Assembly (NCBI GenBank): GCA_012841575.1
Contig: DUUL01000039.1
Span: 38,954-102,953 of the forward strand
DNA: 64,000 bases
Direction of reading: 5' to 3'
Origin: Candidatus Moraniibacteriota bacterium
Lineage (GTDB): Bacteria; Patescibacteriota; Minisyncoccia; Moranbacterales; DUUL01
Each line of letters starts with the position of its first letter. Within the stretch, counting starts at the first letter, position 1. This document shows, piece after piece, positions 27,025 through 35,896 of the stretch. The translations under genes and the position numbers were made by a program. The notes beneath the pieces are model-generated. The model made no database searches. It saw only the letters and a list, made by a program, of their open reading frames with translations, and had not been told where the DNA came from.

Positions 27025-28854
27025 ATGAAAAAACTAAACAGATTTTTTATTAAACACTTCCTATTATTTGTCGGAGTTTTTGTTTTTGCTGGTGGTTGCA
27101 TGGCTAATGAAAAGGAGGAGGTTTCAGTTGCTCAAAATCAAAATTATCCCCCTAGAGAAATAGTCATTCAATTCAAAAAAGAACTCTTAAGCCTTGAAGG
27201 TGAAGACAATCTTCAAAAAGCACAAGAAAAAATTAGTCAATTTAATGGCAAATTGTTACACAAAAATGAGATCAGCAATGTTGCTATTTTTCAATTAGAT
27301 CAAGCTACTTTTGAAAAAAAGAGTATTAAGGAAGCGCAAAAATTTTTGGATGAAGAAATTGCTGAACTTAAAAAACTGCCATCAGTAAAATTTGCAGAGC
27401 CAAATTATCAAAGACGACCACTTTCCATTAAAACAAACGATCCTCTGAGAAATAAACTTTGGGGATTAGACAATAAAGGACAAGAAATACTCGGGTTTGC
27501 TGGCACTGTAGACGCAGATATTGATGCGCCTGAAGCCTGGGTTATTTCCAGTGGCCTAGTTGATATTCCTGTTGCAATAATTGACACTGGAATTAATTAT
27601 AATCATCCAGATCTTGTTAGTAATCTTTGGAACGGCTCTGATTGTTTAGACAAAAATGGAGTTTATTTGGGTGGCTGTCTCCACGGTTATGATTTTGAAA
27701 AGGACGATCCAGATCCAATGATGGAAGACAATGAACACGGAACCTTAGTTGCTGGCATCATTGGTGCAACTCCCAATAACAACATTGGGATTTTAGGTGT
27801 TGCTCCAAGAGCCAAGATTATGAGTCTAAAAAGTAGTTTGACTATTTATGAATTAGTAAATGCAATTGACTTTATAATCGCTAATGACGTAAAAATAATT
27901 AATGCTAGTTATGGCGGAGAAGAGTTTTCTCAAATCGAATATCAGGCTATTAAAAAATTTGGGGATCACGGAGGTATTTTAGTGGCTGGTGCTGGCAATA
28001 ATAACACTAACAATGATTCCTCTCACCACTATCCCTCTGACTATAATCTAAATAATATTATTTCCGTGGCAGCTACTAATCAATCTGATCAATTGTCCTC
28101 TTTTTCTAATTATGGAAAAATTTCGGTGGACGTAGCAGCCCCTGGGGAAAATATCTTAACCACTTCAGGGCAAAACAATTCTTTTGTCTATATTTCTGGC
28201 ACATCAATGGCAGCACCTTATGTTTCCGGTCTAACAGCGTTATTGTGGAGCTATAAGCCAAATTTAAGTGCTCAACAAGTGAGACAGCTTATTTTAGAGT
28301 CAGGAGATAGTCTACCAACCCTTGCCAATAAAACTTCGACAGGCAAGCGAATTAATGCTTATAAAACACTAGATAATCCTTTTGCTCAAACAAAGGAGTT
28401 ATATCGTTTTTATAGTCAAAATCATCAAGCACATTTTTACACGATTAGTAAAGCGGAGCGTGATCACATTATTGCTACTTATCCAAGAGAAGAATGGAAC
28501 TATGAGGGAATTGCCTGGAAAGGCTTTGAGAATAAAGTGTCTGGCTTAAAACTTTTGCCAGTTTATCGTTTTTATAGCCTAGCTTATCGCAAACATTTTT
28601 TCACAATTTCAGAAGCAGAGAAAAATAAAATCTTTAGTGGAGCTTATCCAGAAGCACAATGGAACTATGAAGGAGTTGCTTGGTATGCTTATCCAACAAT
28701 TAATACGGGACTTTCACCCATCTATCGTTTTTATAATCAAAATCATCAAGCACATTTTTACACCATTAGCAAAACAGAGCGTGACCACATTATTACTACT
28801 TATCCAAGAGAAGAATGGAATTATGAGGGCATTGCTTATTACTCACTGAAATAA
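27025..28854 (+). CDS. subtilisin-like S8 serine protease with prodomain and C-terminal 3x DUF5648-like repeat
   Basis: IIDTG, HGT, AGN, GTSMAAP catalytic motifs; AEPNY prodomain end; possible lipobox AGG-C. Confidence 0.92.
   Translation: MKKLNRFFIKHFLLFVGVFVFAGGCMANEKEEVSVAQNQNYPPREIVIQFKKELLSLEGEDNLQKAQEKISQFNGKLLHKNEISNVAIFQLDQATFEKKSIKEAQKFLDEEIAELKKLPSVKFAEPNYQRRPLSIKTNDPLRNKLWGLDNKGQEILGFAGTVDADIDAPEAWVISSGLVDIPVAIIDTGINYNHPDLVSNLWNGSDCLDKNGVYLGGCLHGYDFEKDDPDPMMEDNEHGTLVAGIIGATPNNNIGILGVAPRAKIMSLKSSLTIYELVNAIDFIIANDVKIINASYGGEEFSQIEYQAIKKFGDHGGILVAGAGNNNTNNDSSHHYPSDYNLNNIISVAATNQSDQLSSFSNYGKISVDVAAPGENILTTSGQNNSFVYISGTSMAAPYVSGLTALLWSYKPNLSAQQVRQLILESGDSLPTLANKTSTGKRINAYKTLDNPFAQTKELYRFYSQNHQAHFYTISKAERDHIIATYPREEWNYEGIAWKGFENKVSGLKLLPVYRFYSLAYRKHFFTISEAEKNKIFSGAYPEAQWNYEGVAWYAYPTINTGLSPIYRFYNQNHQAHFYTISKTERDHIITTYPREEWNYEGIAYYSLK
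28402..28835 (+). repeat. 113-nt direct repeat (28402-28514 and 28723-28835), 9 mismatches
   Basis: manual alignment of repeat units 1 and 3 of the subtilase tail. Confidence 0.9.
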
Positions 28855-28872
28855 AAAACAACTTTTGAGTTG

Positions 28873-28945
28873 AGCCAGAAGTGGGAATCGAACCCACGAC
28901 CTACGCGTTACGAGTGCGTTGCTCTGCCAACTGAGCTATTCTGGC
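28873..28945 (-). tRNA. tRNA-Thr(CGT), CCA not encoded
   Basis: reverse complement GCCAGAATAGCTCAGTTGGCAGAGC...ACGCA-CTCGTAA-CGCGT...GGTTCGATTCCCACTTCTGGCT. Confidence 0.95.
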
Positions 28946-28962
28946 CAAGAGGCTATTTTCAA

Positions 28963-29016
28963 TTGACTTTTGAGAAAAACTTATTTAAGTTTAGAGTAAA
29001 GTTTATTTATTTTCAA
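28963..29016. promoter_or_regulatory. overlapping divergent sigma70-like promoters (tRNA-Thr / prfB)
   Basis: plus: TTGACT(28963)-N17-TAAGTT; minus: TTGAAA(29016)-N17-TAAACT. Confidence 0.5.
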
Positions 29017-29021
29017 GACTT

Positions 29022-30126
29022 ATGCTTTTAGCTGATATTAAAAGGGGAGTTAAAGAATTAAAAAATAAAATCGTTCAGTTGAACGACTGTCTTTGACTGG
29101 CAGGAGATTAGAAAAAAAATTACAGAAATAGAAAAAGAAACTACTAATCAAAATGATTGGTCTGATTATGCTAGATTAGGACAACTTGCAAAGGAAAAAG
29201 AAGATTTAAAAAATGAGTTAAAGGAGTGGGAGAGTTTAGTTCAAGAGCAAAAGGAGTTGAGTTTATTCATTAACTCCATCAATGAAAATGTGGACGACCT
29301 TCAATTAGCAGAGATTCAGTTGAAAGATTTGCTTGGAAGAATTAAACATTTTGAACAAAAGAAATTCTTTCAAGGTAAATATGACAAATCTAATGCAATT
29401 CTATCTTTGCAAGCAGGCGCCGGAGGAACAGATGCTCAAGACTGGGCAGAGATGCTTTTGCGTATGTACCTGCGTTATGCTGAAAGGAAAAATTGGTCAA
29501 TTAAAATTTTACACCAGTCACGCGGACTAGAAGCGGGTATCAAAAACACTACCATAGAAATTCAAGGTCAAAATACTTATGGATTTTTAAAAAGAGAGGG
29601 AGGGGTTCATCGCTTAGTTCGACTTTCTCCATTTAATGCAGATAGTCTTCGCCAAACTTCTTTTGCACTGGTGGAGGTGTTGCCTATACTAGAAAGACAA
29701 GTTGAATTAAAAATTAACCCTGCAGATTTAAGAATTGATACCTTTCGAGCCTCTGGTGCGGGAGGACAGCATGTTAATAAGACTGACAGTGCAGTGCGTA
29801 TTACTCACTTGCCAACTGGTCTAATGGTGGCTTGTCAAAATGAACGCTCTCAATTGCAAAACAAAGAAAAGGCAATGAAAATCTTAGAATCAAAATTGGT
29901 GCAGTTAATGGAACAAAAGCAAGTTAAAGAATTAGAAGACCTTAAGGGTGAGCAAAGAAAAATTGAGTGGGGAAGCCAAATTCGCTCTTACGTTTTACAC
30001 CCCTATAAAATGCTTAAGGACCACCGCACTGAATTTCAAACCTCAGCTGTGGAAAAAGTTTTAGAGGGAGAGTTAGATGAATTAATTGAAGACAATTTAA
30101 ATAAGATTGGGATGATCAAACATTGA
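29022..30126 (+). CDS. prfB: peptide chain release factor 2, programmed +1 frameshift after codon 24
   Basis: ATG 29022 reads to CTT TGA C (29091-29097); the +1 frame from 29095 is open into the listed ORF; SPF and GGQ motifs. Confidence 0.96.
29091..29097 (+). promoter_or_regulatory. prfB +1 frameshift site CTTTGAC
   Basis: canonical slippery Leu codon plus weak UGAC stop, in frame with the ATG at 29022. Confidence 0.95.
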
Positions 30127-30188
30127 CAAATTGTCTTAAGGAGTTAATATCCTACTGGTTCTTTTTAAATCATTGCTTACTTAGGAGG
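30123..30188 (+). promoter_or_regulatory. putative promoter and strong Shine-Dalgarno for the orphan ORF
   Basis: TTGACA at 30123, TAATAT 16 nt later; AGGAGG at 30183-30188, 5 nt before ATG. Confidence 0.55.
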
Positions 30189-30193
30189 AGAGC

Positions 30194-30565
30194 ATGAAAA
30201 ACTTGATAAAGCAGATATCGGTTATGGCTGAATATTGCAAAGACCAAGACCAAGGGTTTTGGTCGGCATATCAATATGCCAGAACCGCACCAGTGCTTCC
30301 TGCTGGGGCAGATAGGTGGTTTGTTATATTAAAGTCACCATTTGCAGAAAATTTTTGGTTTTACAGAGAGCTGCTAAAGACTCAAAAGAATCAAGAATTA
30401 CTCATTGTGCCCGGCTCTTTAGAGCGGGATGCCTATAAAAATGGCTTTCCTTTAGGAGAGTGGGAGAAGTGGTGTATTGCGATTAACAACCAAGGCGTTA
30501 TACCAACCGAGGCTTATGCCTTTCTTCCAAATGAAGAAAAACAAATCTTTTGGAGCTCAATGTAA
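30194..30565 (+). CDS. hypothetical protein, Trp/Phe/Pro-rich
   Basis: 123-aa ORF with its own SD, promoter-like sequence and terminator. Confidence 0.7.
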   Translation: MKNLIKQISVMAEYCKDQDQGFWSAYQYARTAPVLPAGADRWFVILKSPFAENFWFYRELLKTQKNQELLIVPGSLERDAYKNGFPLGEWEKWCIAINNQGVIPTEAYAFLPNEEKQIFWSSM

Positions 30566-30591
30566 ATAAATGTAAGAAAAAGTTTTTAAGT

Positions 30592-30624
30592 AAAGGCTAT
30601 TCTCTAAAAAGAGTAGCCTTTTTT
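30592..30624 (+). terminator. intrinsic terminator, possibly bidirectional
   Basis: AAAGGCTATTCT-loop-AGAGTAGCCTTTTTT. Confidence 0.75.
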
Positions 30625-30735
30625 CATCTCTGAAGAAAAAGCTAAATTAAACAAGAAAATTGGCCAACAAAAAACCAGCTATTTAGCGGGCTATCGGTTA
30701 TTAAAACAAAAATATTAAACTAAGCAATTTTCTAT

Positions 30736-30811
30736 TGGTGGGTGCAGGGGGAATCGAACCCTCGACCTTCTGCTTAAAAGGCAGTTGCTCTACCGACTGA
30801 GCTATGCACCC
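30736..30811 (-). tRNA. tRNA-Lys(TTT), CCA encoded
   Basis: reverse complement GGGTGCATAGCTCAGTCGGTAGAGC...CTGC-CTTTTAA-GCAG...GGTTCGATTCCCCCTGCACCCACCA. Confidence 0.97.
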
Positions 30812-30856
30812 AATAAAAATATTTAATTTAAAAGTGAAAATTAACAACTAAAGATG

Positions 30857-30898
30857 ATTATACAAATAACTTGAAAATTAGTCAATAACTTGTATACT
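30857..30898. promoter_or_regulatory. overlapping divergent promoters (tRNA-Lys / eno)
   Basis: minus: TTGACT(30885)-N17-TATAAT(30862-30857); plus: TTGAAA(30871)-N16-TATACT. Confidence 0.65.
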
Positions 30899-30933
30899 TA
30901 TAAGAAGTAAGTTTACTATTAAAACTCAAATTA

Positions 30934-32190
30934 ATGAAAATCAAATCCCTACAGGCTCGTGAAATTCTTGACTCAAGAGCCAATCCAACAGTTGAAGTTA
31001 AAATTATTCTTGAAAACGGAGCGGAAGCGAAGGCAGCTGTTCCTAGTGGTGCCTCTACTGGTGAAAATGAGGCCTTAGAGCTAAGAGATAATAATGAGGA
31101 GCGTTATGGAGGAAAAGGCGTCTTAACGGCTTGTCAGAATATAATAGAAAAGATTTACCCGAGTATTAGAGATTTCAGTGTTTTTGATCAACAAAAAGTT
31201 GATCAAAAAATGCTAGAGATTGATGGCACTAAAAATAAATCAACCTTGGGTGCAAATGCAATCTTGGCAGTTTCTTTAAGTGTTGCTCGGGCTGCTGCTA
31301 ATGCTAGAATGATGCCTTTATGGAAGTATTTGCAAGAAAAATTTGAGATTGAACAGAGAGAGGATGTTGTTCTTCCAGCTTTAATGATGAACGTGATTAA
31401 TGGAGGCGCTCACGCTGATAGCGGTTTAGATTTTCAAGAATATATGATTGTTGTTGATGGTTTTGATAATTTCTCTGAACGCTTGAGAGCAGGAACTGAA
31501 TTGTACCACGCCTTGGGAAAAGAATTAAAGGGGCGTGGCTTTAAAACAGCTGTTGGAGATGAGGGTGGCTTTGCTCCCGCCTTAAATTCAAATGAAGAAC
31601 CTTTGGAATTGATGACTAAAATAATCAATGAAAGTTCTTTTGTAAATCAGGGCGACGTTCAGCTTGGCATGGATGTTGCTGCTAGTGAATTTTTTGATGG
31701 AGAAAATTATAAACTAACTCTAGAAGAGGAGACTATACCTGGTGTTTATTTAGCAAAAAAATATGAACAGTGGTTAGAGAAGTATAAAATACGTCTAATT
31801 GAAGATCCTTTTTCAGAGAAAGACTGGGAGAGTTGGAAAGCCTTTACAAATTCTCACGAAAACAATTTAACTTTAATTGGAGATGACTTATTAGTAACTC
31901 AAAAACAATTTTTAACACGGGCGATTGAAGAAAAAGCTTGTAATGCAATTTTAATTAAAGTGAATCAAGTTGGTTCACTTACTGAAACCATGGAAACCAT
32001 TAAGTTAGCCAAGGAGAGTAATTTTAAAATCGCCGTTTCACATCGAAGTGGAGAAACCTGGGATGATTTTATTGCAGATTTAGCAATTGCAACTCAAGCA
32101 GAATTTGTTAAATTTGGTGCTCCAGCAAGAACAGAAAGAAGCACTAAATACAATCGATTGGCGGAAATTGCTCTGGATTTAGGAAAATAA
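30934..32190 (+). CDS. eno: enolase
   Basis: REILDSRANPTVEV, VPSGASTG, GDEGGFAP, IKVNQVG, SHRSGET. Confidence 0.98.
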   Translation: MKIKSLQAREILDSRANPTVEVKIILENGAEAKAAVPSGASTGENEALELRDNNEERYGGKGVLTACQNIIEKIYPSIRDFSVFDQQKVDQKMLEIDGTKNKSTLGANAILAVSLSVARAAANARMMPLWKYLQEKFEIEQREDVVLPALMMNVINGGAHADSGLDFQEYMIVVDGFDNFSERLRAGTELYHALGKELKGRGFKTAVGDEGGFAPALNSNEEPLELMTKIINESSFVNQGDVQLGMDVAASEFFDGENYKLTLEEETIPGVYLAKKYEQWLEKYKIRLIEDPFSEKDWESWKAFTNSHENNLTLIGDDLLVTQKQFLTRAIEEKACNAILIKVNQVGSLTETMETIKLAKESNFKIAVSHRSGETWDDFIADLAIATQAEFVKFGAPARTERSTKYNRLAEIALDLGK

Positions 32191-32222
32191 ATTTTTGAAT
32201 TAACTTTGATAAAAAATATTTA

Positions 32223-33230
32223 ATGAAAAAAATTATCTGCATCGGCTCAGTCACAAAGGATATTTTTTTAGCTATTGATGAAAGTAGAATTATTGACAAT
32301 AGCCAAGATATAACTGCTAAGAAGTTAATGGCCTTTGAACTCGGAGCCAAAGTTTACGCTAATCATTGCTTGGAAAAATTTGGAGGCAGTGCAGCTAATG
32401 TGGCCACCGGATTAACTAAGGCAGAAATGAAAGCTTTTGTTTTTGCGCGTGTTAAAAAAGGTGAGGTTGGCAATTGGATTATAAAGCAGCTAGGGAAAAT
32501 AAAAGTTAAGAAGAATTATTTGCAAAAAACGGGCGACGCTAACACTGCGGTTTCCGTAATTGTCTCTGACTACAAAAACGAAGATAGAATAATTTTTCGC
32601 ACAGGCGACTCTGTTGAGACATTTGATCTAACTAAAGCATTGGAAAAATTTAAGGAGAGAGTTGATTGGATTTATGTTGGATCTCAAAAAAATAATTGGC
32701 AAAACAAACTAAAGGAAGTTTTCAGTTTTGCTGAAGTCAAAAAAGCAAAAATTACACTGTCTCCTTCAAGCTGGCAGATTTCAAAAGATGCTAAGGATTT
32801 AGTGGCTATTCTAAATAAAGTCAATGTTTTATTTTTAAATCGAGACGAAGCACTCGAGTTGGTTAAGAATATAGAAGGAGAGGTTGAAGACAATCCAGAA
32901 AGCTTACTAACAAAAATTTTATCCTATGACGTTGAAGTTGTTGCAATTACGGATGGGGCAAACGGTGCCTATGTTGGCAACAAAATTAATAAACTTTTTC
33001 TTCCTGCAGCCAAAACTACAGTAAGAGAAACTGTTGGCGCAGGAGATGCTTTTTGTAGTGGATTTTTAGCAAACTACATTGAAACAGAGGATATTAGACA
33101 AGCCTTAACCTGGGGAATTTCCAATAGCGCTGGCGTAATAAGTAAAATTGGAGGAGCAGAGGGATTGTTAACTAAAAGGGAGATGCGCCATCGAGGCAGT
33201 TTACTAGAAGATCAAATTAAAATTTTATAA
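32223..33230 (+). CDS. PfkB/ribokinase-family carbohydrate kinase
   Basis: GGSAANVA, LNRDEA, ITDGANG, TVGAGDAF. Confidence 0.9.
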   Translation: MKKIICIGSVTKDIFLAIDESRIIDNSQDITAKKLMAFELGAKVYANHCLEKFGGSAANVATGLTKAEMKAFVFARVKKGEVGNWIIKQLGKIKVKKNYLQKTGDANTAVSVIVSDYKNEDRIIFRTGDSVETFDLTKALEKFKERVDWIYVGSQKNNWQNKLKEVFSFAEVKKAKITLSPSSWQISKDAKDLVAILNKVNVLFLNRDEALELVKNIEGEVEDNPESLLTKILSYDVEVVAITDGANGAYVGNKINKLFLPAAKTTVRETVGAGDAFCSGFLANYIETEDIRQALTWGISNSAGVISKIGGAEGLLTKREMRHRGSLLEDQIKIL

Positions 33231-33261
33231 CTTTATCCATAAATAACAAACCATAATTAAA

Positions 33262-35310
33262 ATGAAAAATTTTTTTAATCCCCAAAGTGTTGCAATTGTC
33301 GGCGCCTCTAATGAAAAAGGGAAAATAGGACAGATTTTAATGGAGAATGCTGGACAAAGCAAAAATTTAAAACTTTTCCCCGTCAATCCTAAAAGGAAGA
33401 AAATTAACGGGATTAAATGCTACCCAACAGTTTTAGATATCCAAGAAAAAGTTGATTTGGCCATCATTGTAATTCCAGCACGATTTGTTTTGCAGGTAGT
33501 AAAAGAGTGTGCGCAAAAAAAAGATCCGATTAAAAATATAATAATCATTTCAGCTGGTTTTGCTGAAAGTGGGGAAGCGGGAAGAAAAATAGAGTTAGAG
33601 CTTAAAGCAATTGCTGAAAAAAATAAACTTTTAATTTTAGGTCCCAATTGTCTAGGCTCAATTAATGCTACTGATGGAGTCAATCTTTCTTTTGCTAAAA
33701 ATAATTTCCCTAAAGGCAATATTGGCTTAATTATGCAATCTGGGGCGCTAACCACGGCTCTTTTAGACCGAGCAGGAGAAGAGGGTCTTGGTTTTTCCTT
33801 GGTAACAACTTTGGGCAACAAAACTGTCCTTAATGAAAATGACTTCATCGACTATTATTTAAAAGACAAGAAAACAGAAATGATTGCTTTATATCTAGAA
33901 GACATTAGAGCTGGTCGGAGGTTTAAAAAAATTCTTGAAAAAATTAAAAATAAAAAACCAGTGATTGTGATAAAAGCAGGTCGTAGCGAACGCACTAAAC
34001 AAGCAATTCAATCTCATACAGGAGCTATGGCAGGAGGGGTTGAAGTTTTGAAAGCAATTTTAGAAGAAAATAGAGCCTATTATACTGCAGGAATAGAGGA
34101 ACTATTTGATCTTTTGAAAATTTTTTCCACTTTCCCTTTGCCGCGTAATAATAATTTAGCGATTATTACTAACGCGGGAGGACCTGGAGTTATTGCTACT
34201 GATTTAATCGAAGAGGCTGAAAATATCAATATTGCTCAACTTCAGAAAAAAACAATTGATCAATTAAAGGCTGTTTTACCAGCAGAGGCTTCTAAGGTTA
34301 ATCCAGTTGATATTTTAGGTGATGCATTAGAAGATCGCTACCAAAATGCCATTGATGTAGTTGTGCAAGACAAAAATGTTGGGGGGATTTTAGCCCTAAT
34401 CACACCACAAGCACAGACTCCCTTGAAAAAAATTGCTAACACTCTAGCTTTGGTAAATAAAAAATACTCAATTCCAGTTTATCCCGTTTTTATTACTGCT
34501 CACAACGAAGAGGCTATGAATGTTTTTAAGAAAAATGACCTAACTCATTTTGTTTACCCTGAGGAAATTATCAATGCCTTAAATAAGTTCTTCTCAAACC
34601 AAAAAACCAAGATATCTTCTGAGCAACTTAGTTTCAGAAAAAATAAACAGTCATCAAGCAAGGCAGAGAAAATAAAGATGATTGCAAAAAAAGACCAGCG
34701 ACAAGTTCTTTTTTACAAAGAGGCTGTATCCTTGGCAAGTATTTATAAATTTAATCCTTTAGGCGCAACTTACTTAAATAACGAAAGAGACGTAAGTCTA
34801 GTAAAAAAATTTCCTATTGTAGCAAAAATTGACTCACAAACTGTTTTGCACAAAAGGGCTCGAGGCGGAGTTGTGCTAAATATTGAAAATGCCCAATCTT
34901 TAAAAAAAGTATTTCAGCAAATGCAAGAAAAATTTCCCAATGATCTTATTTTGACTCAGCCAATGGTTGAACCAGGAGTTGAGCTGATTATGGGAATTAA
35001 AAATGATCGAGAATTTGGTTCTGTGTTGTTAATTGGATTGGGTGGCGTTGCAACTGAAATTTTCAATCAAAAAATAATTCTATCATTACCAACCAATAAG
35101 GAAAATATCAAACAAAAACTAGAGAACTCATTAATTGCTAAGTATTTAATGAAAGAAAGAATTTCACTATCACAAGTTGTTGACGAGGCGTTTAAACTTG
35201 CTACTCTGGGATTTGAAAATGACTGGATTGAAGAGTTAGATTTAAATCCGATCCTTTTCTACGAAAATAAAACACCTTTAGCGATTGATATTAAGGTTTT
35301 AATTAAATAA
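33262..35310 (+). CDS. acetate--CoA ligase (ADP-forming) family, fused alpha/beta
   Basis: VAIVGAS, ISAGFAE, LGPNCLG, catalytic SHTG, TNAGGPG, NPVDILGDA, ATP-grasp HK..GGV, ELDLNP. Confidence 0.92.
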   Translation: MKNFFNPQSVAIVGASNEKGKIGQILMENAGQSKNLKLFPVNPKRKKINGIKCYPTVLDIQEKVDLAIIVIPARFVLQVVKECAQKKDPIKNIIIISAGFAESGEAGRKIELELKAIAEKNKLLILGPNCLGSINATDGVNLSFAKNNFPKGNIGLIMQSGALTTALLDRAGEEGLGFSLVTTLGNKTVLNENDFIDYYLKDKKTEMIALYLEDIRAGRRFKKILEKIKNKKPVIVIKAGRSERTKQAIQSHTGAMAGGVEVLKAILEENRAYYTAGIEELFDLLKIFSTFPLPRNNNLAIITNAGGPGVIATDLIEEAENINIAQLQKKTIDQLKAVLPAEASKVNPVDILGDALEDRYQNAIDVVVQDKNVGGILALITPQAQTPLKKIANTLALVNKKYSIPVYPVFITAHNEEAMNVFKKNDLTHFVYPEEIINALNKFFSNQKTKISSEQLSFRKNKQSSSKAEKIKMIAKKDQRQVLFYKEAVSLASIYKFNPLGATYLNNERDVSLVKKFPIVAKIDSQTVLHKRARGGVVLNIENAQSLKKVFQQMQEKFPNDLILTQPMVEPGVELIMGIKNDREFGSVLLIGLGGVATEIFNQKIILSLPTNKENIKQKLENSLIAKYLMKERISLSQVVDEAFKLATLGFENDWIEELDLNPILFYENKTPLAIDIKVLIK

Positions 35311-35322
35311 CCACTTCACACA

Positions 35323-35892
35323 ATGAATGCAAAATATCAAAATAAAATATTGATTGTGGATGACAATGATGAAATTCGCAATTCTAACGCAGAGCTCTTT
35401 CGCAATAATGACTATGATGTTTTGGAGGCAGCAGACGGCATTGAAGCGCTTTCAATAGTAAATAATGAAGCCCGGATCGATGTTATTCTTACTGGAATTG
35501 ATATGCCTAGAATGAACGGCTTTGAATTGATTGAAGAGTTGAAAAAGAATCCTCAAGGAGAGAAGATTCCAGTGGTTGTTTGCTCTCACTTGGGAAGGGA
35601 GGGGGATCGAGAGAAAATGTTAGCAATTGGTGCTAAGGATTTTATTTTACAAGGTATTGACTCTCCTGCTGAAATGGTGCACCGAGTGGCTATTGTTATT
35701 AAGCAAGGAAGCTACTTACTAAGAATTGATCCTTTAGATTTGGACGCTAAAAAGATGGCGGAAGACTTTAATTATCCAGCTAACTTCAAATGCAAAAACT
35801 GCTCTACTAATCTAGCCTTAAAGGTAAAATTTAACCCAACTCGTGAAATCTCTGCTAAAATTATATGCCCCGAGTGTGGACTGAATCATTGA
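35323..35892 (+). CDS. atypical receiver-domain protein with C-terminal zinc ribbon
   Basis: KILIVDD, ADG.EAL, MPRMNG; CKNC...CPECG. Confidence 0.85.
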   Translation: MNAKYQNKILIVDDNDEIRNSNAELFRNNDYDVLEAADGIEALSIVNNEARIDVILTGIDMPRMNGFELIEELKKNPQGEKIPVVVCSHLGREGDREKMLAIGAKDFILQGIDSPAEMVHRVAIVIKQGSYLLRIDPLDLDAKKMAEDFNYPANFKCKNCSTNLALKVKFNPTREISAKIICPECGLNH

Positions 35893-35896
35893 ATTA

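Noticed and set aside
28402-28835. Near-identical ~113-nt repeat pair as a DGR template/variable repeat
   Set aside because: Mismatches are not adenine-specific (several synonymous C/T or C/G), both copies are in one reading frame, and no reverse transcriptase is in the window
5108-28945. Accessory block as an integrated element at tRNA-Thr or tRNA-Gly
   Set aside because: No integrase or transposase, and no duplicated tRNA 3' end found by eye; better treated as a variable surface locus
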